This document shows positions 27,981 to 39,517 of a stretch of DNA of 64,000 nt, one piece after another. The notes under the pieces are model-generated. The model was given only the letters and a program-made list of their open reading frames with translations. It was not told where the DNA came from and did not search any database. This stretch comes from Podarcis tiliguerta (Eukaryota): the NCBI GenBank assembly GCA_965153285.1, contig OZ229119.1; one strand, written 5' to 3'. The translations under genes were made by a program, and so were the position numbers. Within the stretch, counting starts at the first letter, position 1, and each line of letters begins with the position of its first letter.

Positions 27981-28525
27981 AACAATAGTTTTATTATTTA
28001 CAAACAGAACTAACAAAGAACTGGTTCCTGCATTGTCTTGTTTTCCTCTTTCTGCCCCATCCCTTTTTCATTTTGTGTCATTCCTTTTAAAGTGTGAGCC
28101 TGAGGGCTAGGACTGTCTAGATTTTTATTGATCTGTAAGCTGCTCTGGGAGCTTTTTTGGCTGAAGAATGAGGTAATAATGATTCAGAGAGATGGATAGA
28201 TATTTTCCGACACATCAGCAGGCCCTTTTACTCCACTAGTGTATCTCCTATTATAGAGGAAAATGGGGAATGCCAAATTCAAAGTGCTAATATGTGCCCG
28301 ACGGAAAAAAACATACTGCATGATGCTCAAGCAAGTAATTCTGCAAAGGCCACACAGACACAACACCACTATTTTTATGAAGCATTTGCAGTAGAGCTTG
28401 GCTATTAGTATTATGCTGGCATATGAATAGCTCTCCAGCCTTCTCTTACCCACCCCCAGCTTGCACAACATTCTCCCAAGAGTGCACACACCCTCTTCAT
28501 GCTGCTTTTGCTCATGCTATTTTAC

Positions 28526-28582
28526 CCGCTGCTGTCTGGGACTCTGCTCTCCGGCTGGTTCTCCATGAGGTTCCCTGTTTGC
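28526..28582 (-). CDS. MICAL3: MICAL3 alternative cassette C (ANREPHGEPAGEQSPRQQR), 57 nt
   Basis: ttttgcctgcag|GCA acceptor; CGG|gtaaaa donor; 19 aa, similar to recalled human TYRDLDADNRGKQSPHHER. Confidence 0.7.
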
Positions 28583-30308
28583 CTGCAGGCAAAATAATGA
28601 CCTTGACAAATCCCACATACACACTCACAGAAAGATAGCATCGTTCAGTTAGGAGTCACACTACAAGAGAAACATTAAAACCACAGTCCTGGAAAAGCCA
28701 TAGGAGGTTTGCAAAGATCATGTGGCTGCTGTGAAGAAAGAGGTTTTGTGCAGAGCAGTTAAAAAGAATATTTTATACAAACTGTGTTAGTAAATGGTGA
28801 CAACAGCAATAAATATCCACACAGTGATACACGTGGTGGTGGCAGAAGAAGGAACTGCTCCCAAGAAACCGTAAATTGTTCCTTGGAAAATCCTAGTTTT
28901 AAAAGTAATATGAGGAATAAATTTTAGAGAACTTTAGAGGCAAAGTGAGATATGTCCATTGAGCTTAAGTAATCACCAAGTCTGTTTTTAATTCAAAGGT
29001 TATTTTGAAGAGCCTGGGCTCCCCTCAACGTGAACAAGAAACAAGGCTCCCTGGCCTGCGAAATCCACAGTGGTATCCTACAATAAGACAGACCGTAATC
29101 TTCCCTGCCCCAAGAATGCAGACACCTGGAGGCAGCTTTGATTATCCTCTATACACACAGGTATAGTTTTATAAAAATGTAGCTCCCTGAAACTCACAAA
29201 CCTGGTCATACTTCATAAGACAAAATGTGTGTGTGTGCGCGCGCGCACAACACACACACACAACTTCCAAATGGATATTTATTATTTTATGTGCTGTTTA
29301 AATAGTACTGTTTCCTGCAACTTTCTTGTTTTGTGAGTCAATGCAATTACATATGAAATATAAAACACCTTAAAAACAAATAGTTTACAAGACTGAGTGG
29401 TAAGTTTCCCATTTAGAAGCTAACTCTTCTTGCAGATCAAGCAAGAGAAGCTGACCCAGTTTTTCCAACTGTATGTAAAAAGTAAACCATGTTCTACGTT
29501 ACGGACAAGTGTGCATTTGTGAATAATACTATTTTGGCCCTGACATGGTGGAGGGAACTCCTGGGGGTAAACTGTGTGCCATGATTCACCTTACAAAACA
29601 AACCCAGTTAGGGAATGTCCTGCACAAGGACTTCCCCTTGTGCAATGGGTTTCCCCTCCTCTCCATCCCCTGCTCCCCCTGCAATTGGTTAGGGAGTGGG
29701 GATCAGGAGAACCCCGACAGTAGCATGCTGGGGAGAAGAGAGAGAGAAGGAATTATTCTTTTTGGAAAGTTGCAATGCTTGCACAAACAGAACGTTCAAC
29801 ATGGTGCGATGCCAATAAAATATGTAATTGATGTTGAGATGAATTGTACGACTGTCCCGTATCAGTGTATTTTGCACTGTTATCTAGATTTGTTATAAAT
29901 TGACTCAAGGCCCCCACATTTTTGACACAATCATGTAACTGGGGTGCCCGATTTGAACAAAGTATTCAACAATAAACTACTTTGGAGGAATGTTTTAACA
30001 ACGTCAGTGAGGGAGGGTGACCAGGAAATGGAGGAGGCTTCCCAAGGTGCCAAAGCCAGGTAACACAGCTGGGCCCAGGCATTCTAGACGACTGCCATGC
30101 TGATTAGTGGTACTATGGTCAGTTGGTGGAGGTAAGTAAGAGCAGCACAACACACTAGGAAAGTAATGGAAACCGCAGCAGGCTAGAATTGGTAAAACCT
30201 GGAGGACTTTTGGGGGCGATGTTTTGGAATTCCTTGTCATTCTCATGAAGTGGGGAGCATCCTGGCCTCTCCCAATTTCTAAGTAATGTAGGTACATCAA
30301 TGGGTTTA

Positions 30309-30808
30309 AAGGTAAAGGTAAAGGGACCACTGCAGTCAACAGGACTTTCAACTGATATGGTATTTCAAATTGCAGCTAATTGCTGATAGATCTACACATT
30401 CTGAAAGATCCATAACCCCCATGAATCTGTGTAAATTCTCATGACTGTGTTTAAAGGTAAAGGTAAAGGGACCACGGACCATTAGGTCCAGTCGTGGCTG
30501 ACTCTGGGGTTGCAGCACTCATCTCGCTTTATTGGCCGAGGGAGACGGCGTACAGCTTCCAGGTCATGTGGCTAGCATGACTAAGCCGTTTCTGGCGAAC
30601 CAGAGCAGCGCATGGAAACACCATTTACCTTCTCGCCAGAGCGATACCTATTTATCTACTTGCACTTTGATGTGCTTTTGAACTGCTAGGTTGGCAGGAG
30701 CAGGGACCGAGCAACGGGAGCTCACCCCGTCGCGGGGATTCGAACCGCCGACCTTCTGATTGGCAAGTCCTAGGCTCTGTGGTTTAACCCACAGTGCCAC
30801 CCGTGTCC
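30309..30808 (-). mobile_element. Sauria SINE (copy B) carrying a 122-bp foreign insert near its 3' tail
   Basis: Perfect 14-bp TSD CATCAATGGGTTTA (30295-30308, 30809-30822); duplicated tail flanks the insert 30331..30452. Confidence 0.92.
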
Positions 30809-31768
30809 CATCAATGGGTTTACATTCTAGCAAATCGCAGGATGTCTGCACGACCCCTTTATTTGACAGAGTTAAACAAAGTCACCCTGGTGCTGTGGGA
30901 GAAGTGCTGCAGCAGTTCCCACATCGCAGGCCAAATGTAAGAATCTGCTTCAAAGCTAACATTCCCCAATCTGGTGCCTTGAGGATGTTGTTGGACCACC
31001 AACTTCCATCAACCCTACCCAACATGGCTAACAGTCTGGGGTAATGGGAGTTGTACTAGACCAGGCCAGAGAAGGCGGGTTTAGGCACATTATCTAACTT
31101 ATTTTCATTAGAGAGAAAGTAAGGTCCAGGATAAGCTCTGATCCTGAGAAAGGACACCACTTTCAGTTGTATTTAAGGGGGGCAGGGGAGAGAAAATATC
31201 CTAAACTGCTAAATTGTCCTGAAATATCTTTTGTAAGTGCCTTTGGAGTAAGTGACTTTTCTCTGAAAGGTAGCATGTTAGTACTTCAAATAAACAAACA
31301 GATGGATAAAGGATGAGCCTGTAATCTCAGCAATAATGGGAAGCCTACAGAGGCATTACATTATGCTTCTCTTCTCATTACAATGCAAAACCAAGCTGAA
31401 GGCCACCTAGACTGCTCATTTTAGATCCAGAAACCAGTGTGCTCTTACAGCATCCAATATAACAACTGGGCGCTATCAACAGCAACCTTTACTAAGATCT
31501 CAGGTTTTTGTTTGGTACACCAACCTACTACACAACGTAACCATAACAACAGAATGTAAGAAGTTATAAGTGTACATTACCTTAAATCAAACAATGATAA
31601 AAGGAATTCTGGGTTAGCTTGTGTTACTGGTTTTGTGGAGGGGAAGATCAAGAGGTCTGCTGACTCTATTCAGTTTTAGGAGAAAACTCAAGACAGAAAG
31701 GGTACGTGGCCTACTTGTGGAAGCAGGAAGAGAGGGAAAGGAGGACAGAGCATGCAGAATGAAATCAC

Positions 31769-31867
31769 CTGCTGACTGGGGTACGATGGAGAGGAAGTGC
31801 AAATGGAGGAAGAAGAGAGCATGATCACTTTTTTGGGGCAGGTCCGAGTACGCTCCTTTTTCCTCAT
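31769..31867 (-). CDS. MICAL3: MICAL3 alternative cassette B (MRKKERTRTCPKKVIMLSSSSICTSSPSYPSQQ), 99 nt
   Basis: caaag|ATG acceptor (exact site less certain); CAG|gtgatt donor; matches recalled human insert REKECSRTCPKKVITLS. Confidence 0.78.
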
Positions 31868-33626
31868 CTTTGTTTACAAACAAGGGAGAGAAAAAAAGAA
31901 TAATAATAATAATAGAACAAGAAGAAACATGGTCAATGATGATGGTTATTAGTTGTGGCAAGGCCACAGACTAAAGTTTCCCCAAACAACGGATGAAATA
32001 TTAAAATTCTTTCTGGATTATACCAGTTCAGGTTACCCGGGAGTGGAAGGGCTCTGAATGGTCCCTCAGCACACACAAAAACTAAGCACAGCCTTTGCCT
32101 AACAGAAAACTGGCATAGGAGCAGGGAATTTTTCATTCAACCATATGGTTGCCTATCTAAAGTTGTCCAGGAATAATTTTACCACCACCACTGGGTCTGT
32201 ATGTGAGCAAGGCCTCAGAATTGCATCGTGCGGAGGATGTTGATCTTGCTTCTCTTTCTCAGTTGACAAGTAGGAACCAGCATTGTTGCGCATCAATGCA
32301 AGTGAGCTGTATTTCCTCATGAGGTGGACAATGTCATTTGAAGTCCCCGTGTCACTACAAGCATAGCTGGCCATTATATGATGCCTCATTTATCTGAATG
32401 GCTCAACCAACAGGTGACATGAGGGATATATAAATGAAATTCAGGTAACAGGGATTCAAATATAAGTAGTTCTGTTTGGAATCTCAAAGGCCTCAAATCG
32501 GCCCATGTTTAAAAAGGGCATTTTTTTTTATGCAGCTGCTGTTGAGCTACAGAATATCCTAGTCCTTTCAAATGCAACACACACCAAAAGGTGCAGGGCA
32601 TAAAATAAAGAAATTCTACCAAACTTTTATTTGCTGCAAATTAAATGCTGGAAGCTGAATGTTAACCTGACAAAAATGTGCAAATCTTCGTTCATTCCTG
32701 GTGCTCATATTTATGTGTACTGGGGGTTGGTACCCCCTTCTAGTCCAGCCAAAAGCCAAAGTGCAGTGATTTTTAAAATTGCACTTGACTGTGTATTTTG
32801 TTGTATAGAATGCCCCCCCCGGGGGGGGGGGGGGCTCTGTTTCAAAAAGCAGTACATAAACACCACCACCACTAATGTTGCTTATTTTGAAAATATTGGT
32901 CCACTTTGGATTTTTTTTTTTTACTATGCAAATCCAAAAGTCCTTCTTAAAATGTGAATCTTAAACACTTTTAACTCTGGGCAATCTAAAGCCCAAAGGG
33001 AAAGATTTGTATATTGTTCCTTCAGGTCAAGAGCTGTCAACATCCATAAGGCACATTAGGAATGTTTCCCATCACTGCTCAAATTGGGGGGGGGAAAGGA
33101 GAAAGCTAATGGGGACCTTTAATAAAATCCAGGACCTCACTGACCCACCAAGTTTAGCCAGATCATGTACTACTCATATAGCCATCTAAAAAAAAATTAG
33201 CTAAGAGAATAATGTTTGTTGTTTTTTTGTTAAAGTGGCTGTCACACAAACGTAAAGCAGGCCAGAGCCCTTGCTGGCCTTCCTATTATTATAACATTGT
33301 TTTCCATCTTCAAGTAGGATGCATTTCTGAGTTCAGAAAAGGCCAGTAGTAAATGATGCTCACATTAATAAGTATAAAATGGAGGAAGATTCCACTTGAC
33401 AGAAACAAGTTGACTGGCATAGTTCTATTCCATCTCAATGGCTGGCTCAACTCAAATGGATCTTTGGGTGTTATAATTACCAAAAAGAGTGTGTTTACTG
33501 CATATCCATAGATCCTTCCAAGAAGAACCCAAGACAGATCTATTCCTTGACAACAACACCTTGATCTTACCACCCTCAGACCCCAGACTTCAAACAAGCA
33601 ACTTCCAGTTTCACAGGCTTCCTTTG

Positions 33627-33630
<4 letters not shown>

Positions 33631-33658
<28 letters not shown>

Positions 33659-33668
33659 CACACACACC
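33631..33668. repeat. (CA)n microsatellite
   Basis: Direct reading. Confidence 0.95.
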
Positions 33669-36547
33669 TCTCTCAAGTGATGTAAGTATGCAAATGAATG
33701 ATGAAGTTAAGAGAATGAGATGAAGTTCATTGGAATTACCAAAATGACACAATTATTCCTATGACACGTAATAGCTTGGGTTTCCACCTCCCCTAGCAGC
33801 AGAGCAGATTCAGCTCTTTTTAATAAGAGACCAATCAAGAAATCCTCAAAGAGTAACCAACAGAGGCAAGGATATTTTATAATCATGCACATAACTCCTG
33901 CAGGTAATTGAGTCCCATTTCTTTAAGAGCTTAACAACTCGTAGCATGATCATGGATATTTTCTTGCAAAAAAAGGTGAATGAGTTGACCTAAGTGTTGG
34001 TGGAGCAGTAAAAACAAAAAACACATTGACTCAGGAATTATTTTAAGAGTTCCTTCCTTAATTCACATACCCATGACTTGCATTGTGCAGGTACTTCTCA
34101 TTGTACTGTATACTTTCTCTGTAGCGCTAAAAGAAAAATTAGGCAACAAGAACTGGTACAGAGGCAGTGAACACACTTGACTGCATTTCTTAAATCAATG
34201 GGAGTAAACAGGACTCATGGATCAAGCTGGTTACCTGTATAAACAGTAGCAAACTCAGGGGCCAGTTCATCCGGTGCAAAAATCAGGGTCAGGTGGAAAG
34301 CAAGAGAGAACAGGGTTTGCTGGCCACATCTTTCCCTACGACCCGGGTCACGTTTTCATTCAAGCATCTCTTAGAATTCTTAAATACCAGTTTTGTTATG
34401 TCCTCTCAAGAAAGAAAACACAGGATGCTACATCTGACATGCTGGAACCTTCTAGGCAAGAGAGACAGGTGCTTTCCATCTGAATTGTTGGATTTGATTC
34501 ACCATATCTAAGTGTCTAAACTGAAGTTTGGAAAAACCTGTCTATCTGCCTTCAAAAAAAGCCTGAAGAATGTTAACAGAAAGTACCAAAGTTATTCTGT
34601 AAACTGTACTTGAAAATCAGGCAAGAGTGAAATGCCTCAAGAACATGCCCAGCCAAAGCAGGTTTGCCTACACCCTAAAATCTCTGGCAAGGCCAACAGC
34701 ACTCTCTCATCAAAACCAATAGCAATAACCATGGGATTTATGTGGATAACAATATCCCAGTGAAGCTATGAATCTAGGCTATGGCTATGAATTTAGGCCA
34801 AAAAGACTAATCTGGAAAATACCAGTCTAGACAAACAGAAAGTTTGCAAGTCACATGTGTATGGGTTATGTGGATCTAGGTTTGTGATCTTACTTGGCAG
34901 TAAGAACAATTCAGTTCAATACAACCAATTGAACATGCATGGGACTGTTGCAAGATTCTTAGATTTTAATGCCATGCTAAACAGAAAGTTAACCTGCCCT
35001 TTTGAAAAATCTCTTTTCCAGTAAATCATTTCCATGGTTCATGGTACTGAACCCAGCTCATGTTTCCTAGTTATTGGACAGCTTGAGCTGAATTTCTGCT
35101 ACGTTCAAAAGTATCTGATTGGCTTGGATGAAGTGCCCTTACCTCCTTTGCCTTCAAAAGGCATGCACAGTTTTGGCCAGGAAAGGGTGGAGGCCTGTGC
35201 CTTCTGGCCCAATAGTGGCTACCCAAAGTAAAAGCATATTTGTGGACACTCCATGGAATGGAGTGCGATGAATAGCAGATGATGATGGATGAAAAGAAAA
35301 TGGTCAGCAACATGAGCTTACTGGGGTTGCAGGCTGGGGACCTTAATTCATTTATACCCCCGCTTCCATCTATGTGCTAAGCACATTTGAAGGGAGGAAA
35401 TAATGTCAGAAGCTGTATCACTGTCACTCATCCCTTTTTCAGATCTCTTGAATAAAGAAACAGTATTTACAAAAAGTGTATTGACGCACAAGCTCTTCCT
35501 GCATTTATTTTCTGAAATAATTTCTATTTGCTCATGCTAATGCATCATGGGATGAGAAAGCCCTGCCATCATTACATTACGAAGAATCTATATACAAAAT
35601 ATGTTTTAAATAATTCTAGTATAGCAACCACAAGCCACAGCAGAAGGTGATAAAATCTGTTTCCTAAATTATCTATTCCAATCAGGCAAACTTGGGTTGG
35701 ATTGGTGTGTGTTTTTTATTGACGCTACCATTCAATTCCAATTTAAAAAGTAAAATAAAATCCCTCAGTTGAGAGTGATGGAGAATATTAGAGCTTTTAA
35801 AAATTAAATATGAAAACAGCTGTCAATATCTTGTCTGTTACAAGGGGAACAGTTATTTCAAAGAAAGCAATGCCTCTGAAGATGAAGATCAAAATCCATG
35901 GCAAGAATGGCAAAAGCCTTACCAGTTTCAATGAAAATGGATAGTTCAGGGTTCTATCATAGGCAGTAAGAAATGTGATCAGTACACAATGACCTCAACC
36001 TGCTAATATGAGCCACTGAGAAATCACAAGCAGAGGAGGTACAGTATAAGAACAAGGAACATCTCTTTTCTCTATCTCTTACTTCAGACAAAGGGCTGAT
36101 TCTCCCATTCTATTTTCCAATGTTTAGGATCTCCCCTTTGAGTGATCCTCATGGATACCAAAACATGTTGTCAAGACACGTTAACTGCTTACTCAACCTG
36201 CTCTTGAACGCTCCATAAATCAGATCTGGATTACACAAATTAACAGCTAAGCAAACATAGACTGAGTTTCCTAAGGCTCATTTACAAGAGTTAGCCCCTA
36301 CCTGGACAATCGAGCACAATTTCTGCTCAAATATTCACCAATGGTCAGGAACAGGGAGAAAGTGAAAAGATGACATAGCCCTTTAATGTGAGCCACACCT
36401 ACTGTCAAATTACATGCAGGCTTTCCATTTTAAAACAGTGCCAGTCCACAGGAATAACCTGGAAATTTGGTATGGAAAAGCAGCAGCCAATGGGGTGGTA
36501 GCTTAGATGGATTGAGCATCACAGTCATTCATTCGGTTTCGTTTTAC

Positions 36548-36631
36548 CTGTTTCCACTGAGGCATGGGGGCAAAGCGGCCCTGCTCTCGCTGTCGGTAGG
36601 CTGGCTGGGTGAGAGCACGGTCTTGATAAGG
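36548..36631 (-). CDS. MICAL3: MICAL3 alternative cassette A (PYQDRALTQPAYRQREQGRFAPMPQWKQ), 84 nt; an upstream in-frame CAG could extend it to 36640 (+SAQ)
   Basis: cccag|CCT acceptor; CAG|gtaaaa donor; phase 0-0; resembles a 28-aa ...PTPRWKQ insert recalled from mammalian MICAL3 isoforms. Confidence 0.8.
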
Positions 36632-38135
36632 CTGGGCAGACTGTTGCATGCAGGTCATAGAATAAGCAGGATGGAGGCCACAGAGGGCATTAACACCAAA
36701 CGCAAAACGAAACTCACAAAGAAACCCACAAGGGGATGAGGTAAATGTTGGGACAGGGTGGTCAGCAGACAGACATTTAGGAGAAGAAGAAAAAAAAACA
36801 ACGGAGTAAGGAAAAATTAGTTGGCAAATAAAATTGTATGAAAATGGAGAAAAGTAAAGAAAAAAGGAAGATGCGAACTTAAGATATATAGAGGGCCGCA
36901 TTTTTTTATTTTGGAATGTTTTATTTTAATAATGTTAGGTTGCAGCTGAAAGGGGTTTAAACTATTAAACCAAAAATTCCTGGAATTCTCTCAAGAATTG
37001 AGAGTGAAGCAGCTGCACATTCATTCTCAAACCGTGATGGATAAGGCTCCAAAATCTTGCATCTTAACCGAGATGATTGGCTTCAGGAAGGATTCTCTAC
37101 TGCTAGGCTTTTATGGGTTTTTCTACCCACCTTCCTGAAGAACCAAAATGGACACAATTTAAGGAGGGGTAAAAGAACAGGCACTTTGCTAGAGGGCTAA
37201 AACATTCTTTTTGAAAGCCTCTTCGCTTTCTTTTACTTCCACACTCAGAAAACGCCATATTAAAGGGACAGGAAAAAGTTTTCCTATGGCCCATTTGGTG
37301 TTTTGGATCTTCTCCTGGGATATGCAGGACATCATGCTTGCTTCAGCCATATGAATTTGTTTTAGTCCATGTGTACTCCCTTGCCCTGAAGCCATTCCTA
37401 TGACAGAATTGCAAGTGAAAACATGATTCCGCTTGCAGTACATTATAAAACGGATTTTCTATGCTCACAGATTTATTTTATTATTTAACTTTCCCAACTA
37501 TGCTGAAGCAGGTTAAAATTACACAGGGTGCCAAGGTGATGAGTGCAGCACTCCAGCTAGGAGGATCTGCTTTCCTAAACAGGAAATCTGGTTATGTATG
37601 GAGTGATTCACAGGGCAAACGATGGGGAGCCTTCTCTCATATGTTCAACTGATGGCAACGCACCAAAGATTAGCTCATAGATGACTCACTTGACACACAC
37701 AACTCATGTAGCTGCATCTCCCAGGATGGGGCATAAAACATGCATATGAACCAATGGGGGTAGCAGAAGCCAACAGTATCGTCACGCAGAAATCTGCATG
37801 AATCGAAAGCCTGATTAAACCTCCAGAACTGAAGAACCGTTCTCATCCTTTGGGCAAAGATGGAGCAACATGCAAGCAGCTCTTTGCGCTAGAAAAGCTG
37901 CCCTCTATCAAAATAATACAAAACCCGTAAGTGCAAGAACAGTAGTTACTAAGGATGGAGTTTCCCCTCTATCCTTAAGATGTTTCACCTAGATGACTTA
38001 TTTGAGAACAAGGAGGTACCCTGGTCAAAGCCAACAAGCCTCCAGATTTTCCCTGCCAGAAAAACCCAAAACATCCTGCTAGCTAAGCTTTAGCTGAGGT
38101 GCAAATGACATTCAAGCTGAAAAGCCTCTTCCTAC

Positions 38136-38309
38136 CTGTCTCCGGATGCCTGTGGACTGTGCAGGGGCATTCTCCTCAAATTTGGCCAGCAGCTGCGTTG
38201 CCATGGACTTCACTTTATTCTGATTCCCAATGGCGGCATCAATTCTCCTCTCTGTCAGGGCGCTCACCAGAGTGGGCCTCTCTTCTCGGTAGCTTCGGGA
38301 AGAGTCCTC
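38136..38309 (-). CDS. MICAL3: MICAL3 coding exon 15 (EDSSRSYREERPTLVS...NKVKSMATQLLAKFEENAPAQSTGIRRQ), 174 nt
   Basis: tgccag|GAG acceptor; CAG|gtagga donor; phase 0-0. Confidence 0.95.
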
Positions 38310-39125
38310 CTGGCAAATTGAAATGGATTACACACGAATGGATTCCCTTTCCAGAGCCACTTTCCGCATATCTCCAATTTTGTGCATCACTCCTAATTTT
38401 CAAAACACATCTTCCTTCTTGCCAGTTTACCCTGCTCACTATATGCCCATCTACCTGCGAAATTGCTCCTGCTATGAGAATGTGCAATAAAATTTAGATA
38501 AACAGAAGGAAGGGGCCATAGCTCAGTGATACAGCACAATCTTTGCATGCAGGAGGTCCCCATCTTTGAGCTGAAAGGATGAGAGAGCAGGTGATGGGAA
38601 AGACATTTGCCTGAGGTCCCGAGAGTTCCAAAAGTTCAGTAAAGCTAACCTGAACTTGCCCATCTGAGCTAACTGACTCTCTCCCCGCATGCCATAGCAT
38701 TAAGAGGAATTCAAGGAGAAAAATCCCATTGCTCAAGATTACAAATGCTAACGTACTGTACATCTCTCTATCATGATGCACTGCATATCTTCATATATTC
38801 CTGAAAGCTCACCTCCAAACATATCAAAGCAACATTGCTCAGGTTTAGCTGGAAACATCTTGCAGTAAGCCAAACAGTGACCATAATCAGAGCCTTTTGT
38901 ATTCAAAACAATTACACCTTTTTGACAGTTTGGGTGGATGATTTGGTTTTACAAACACCTGGAGTGGGGGGCATGTTTCTGAGCTAACGTAGGAGGCGGG
39001 GTCACATGACTGAATCCCCTCCCTTGCACACAGAAAATTAAACAGTTGCTTTTGGGAGGAACCTCCTTGTGAAGAGCAAGGCAAAACGGAAAAAACAAAA
39101 CAAAACAGATTACTCTCTTACTTAC

Positions 39126-39188
39126 ATCTTCTGACTGGCTTGTCTTCCTCCTCTTTCCTGCACCATCCAGGTCCTTCTCCTTTTTATC
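39126..39188 (-). CDS. MICAL3: MICAL3 coding exon 14 (DKKEKDLDGAGKRRKTSQSED), 63 nt, basic NLS-like cluster
   Basis: gcccag|GAT acceptor; GAT|gtaagt donor; phase 0-0. Confidence 0.95.
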
Positions 39189-39517
39189 CTGGGCAGAGAA
39201 AGGGGAAAAAACATTGAGCCCATATTTTCTCAGCCTATAATAATGCCTATAATAAATCTACTTTGCATTTTAAGTAAAAGTCATACCTAACCTTCTCATC
39301 TAAAATAAGCAGGTGCCTGAATAGCTGGTGGCATGTCCTAGGGGCACGCATTAGCTCTGTGTAACCTGAATTACAAGTGATTTGGGGAAGGCTCCCATGT
39401 TTCCAAGTTAGATGACACCATCAACAAAGCATCTCCAGGTGGATCAGGGTGTCTCTGAACTGGGCATAAACATAAACACTCTTTCTACAAATTTATTCCC
39501 AAAGCAACTGTGGCTAC

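Noticed and set aside
35923-35953. Possible 31-nt exon ending at a CTG|GTAAGG donor
   Set aside because: Frame-shifting, weak acceptor, no homology; cannot be distinguished from a decoy site
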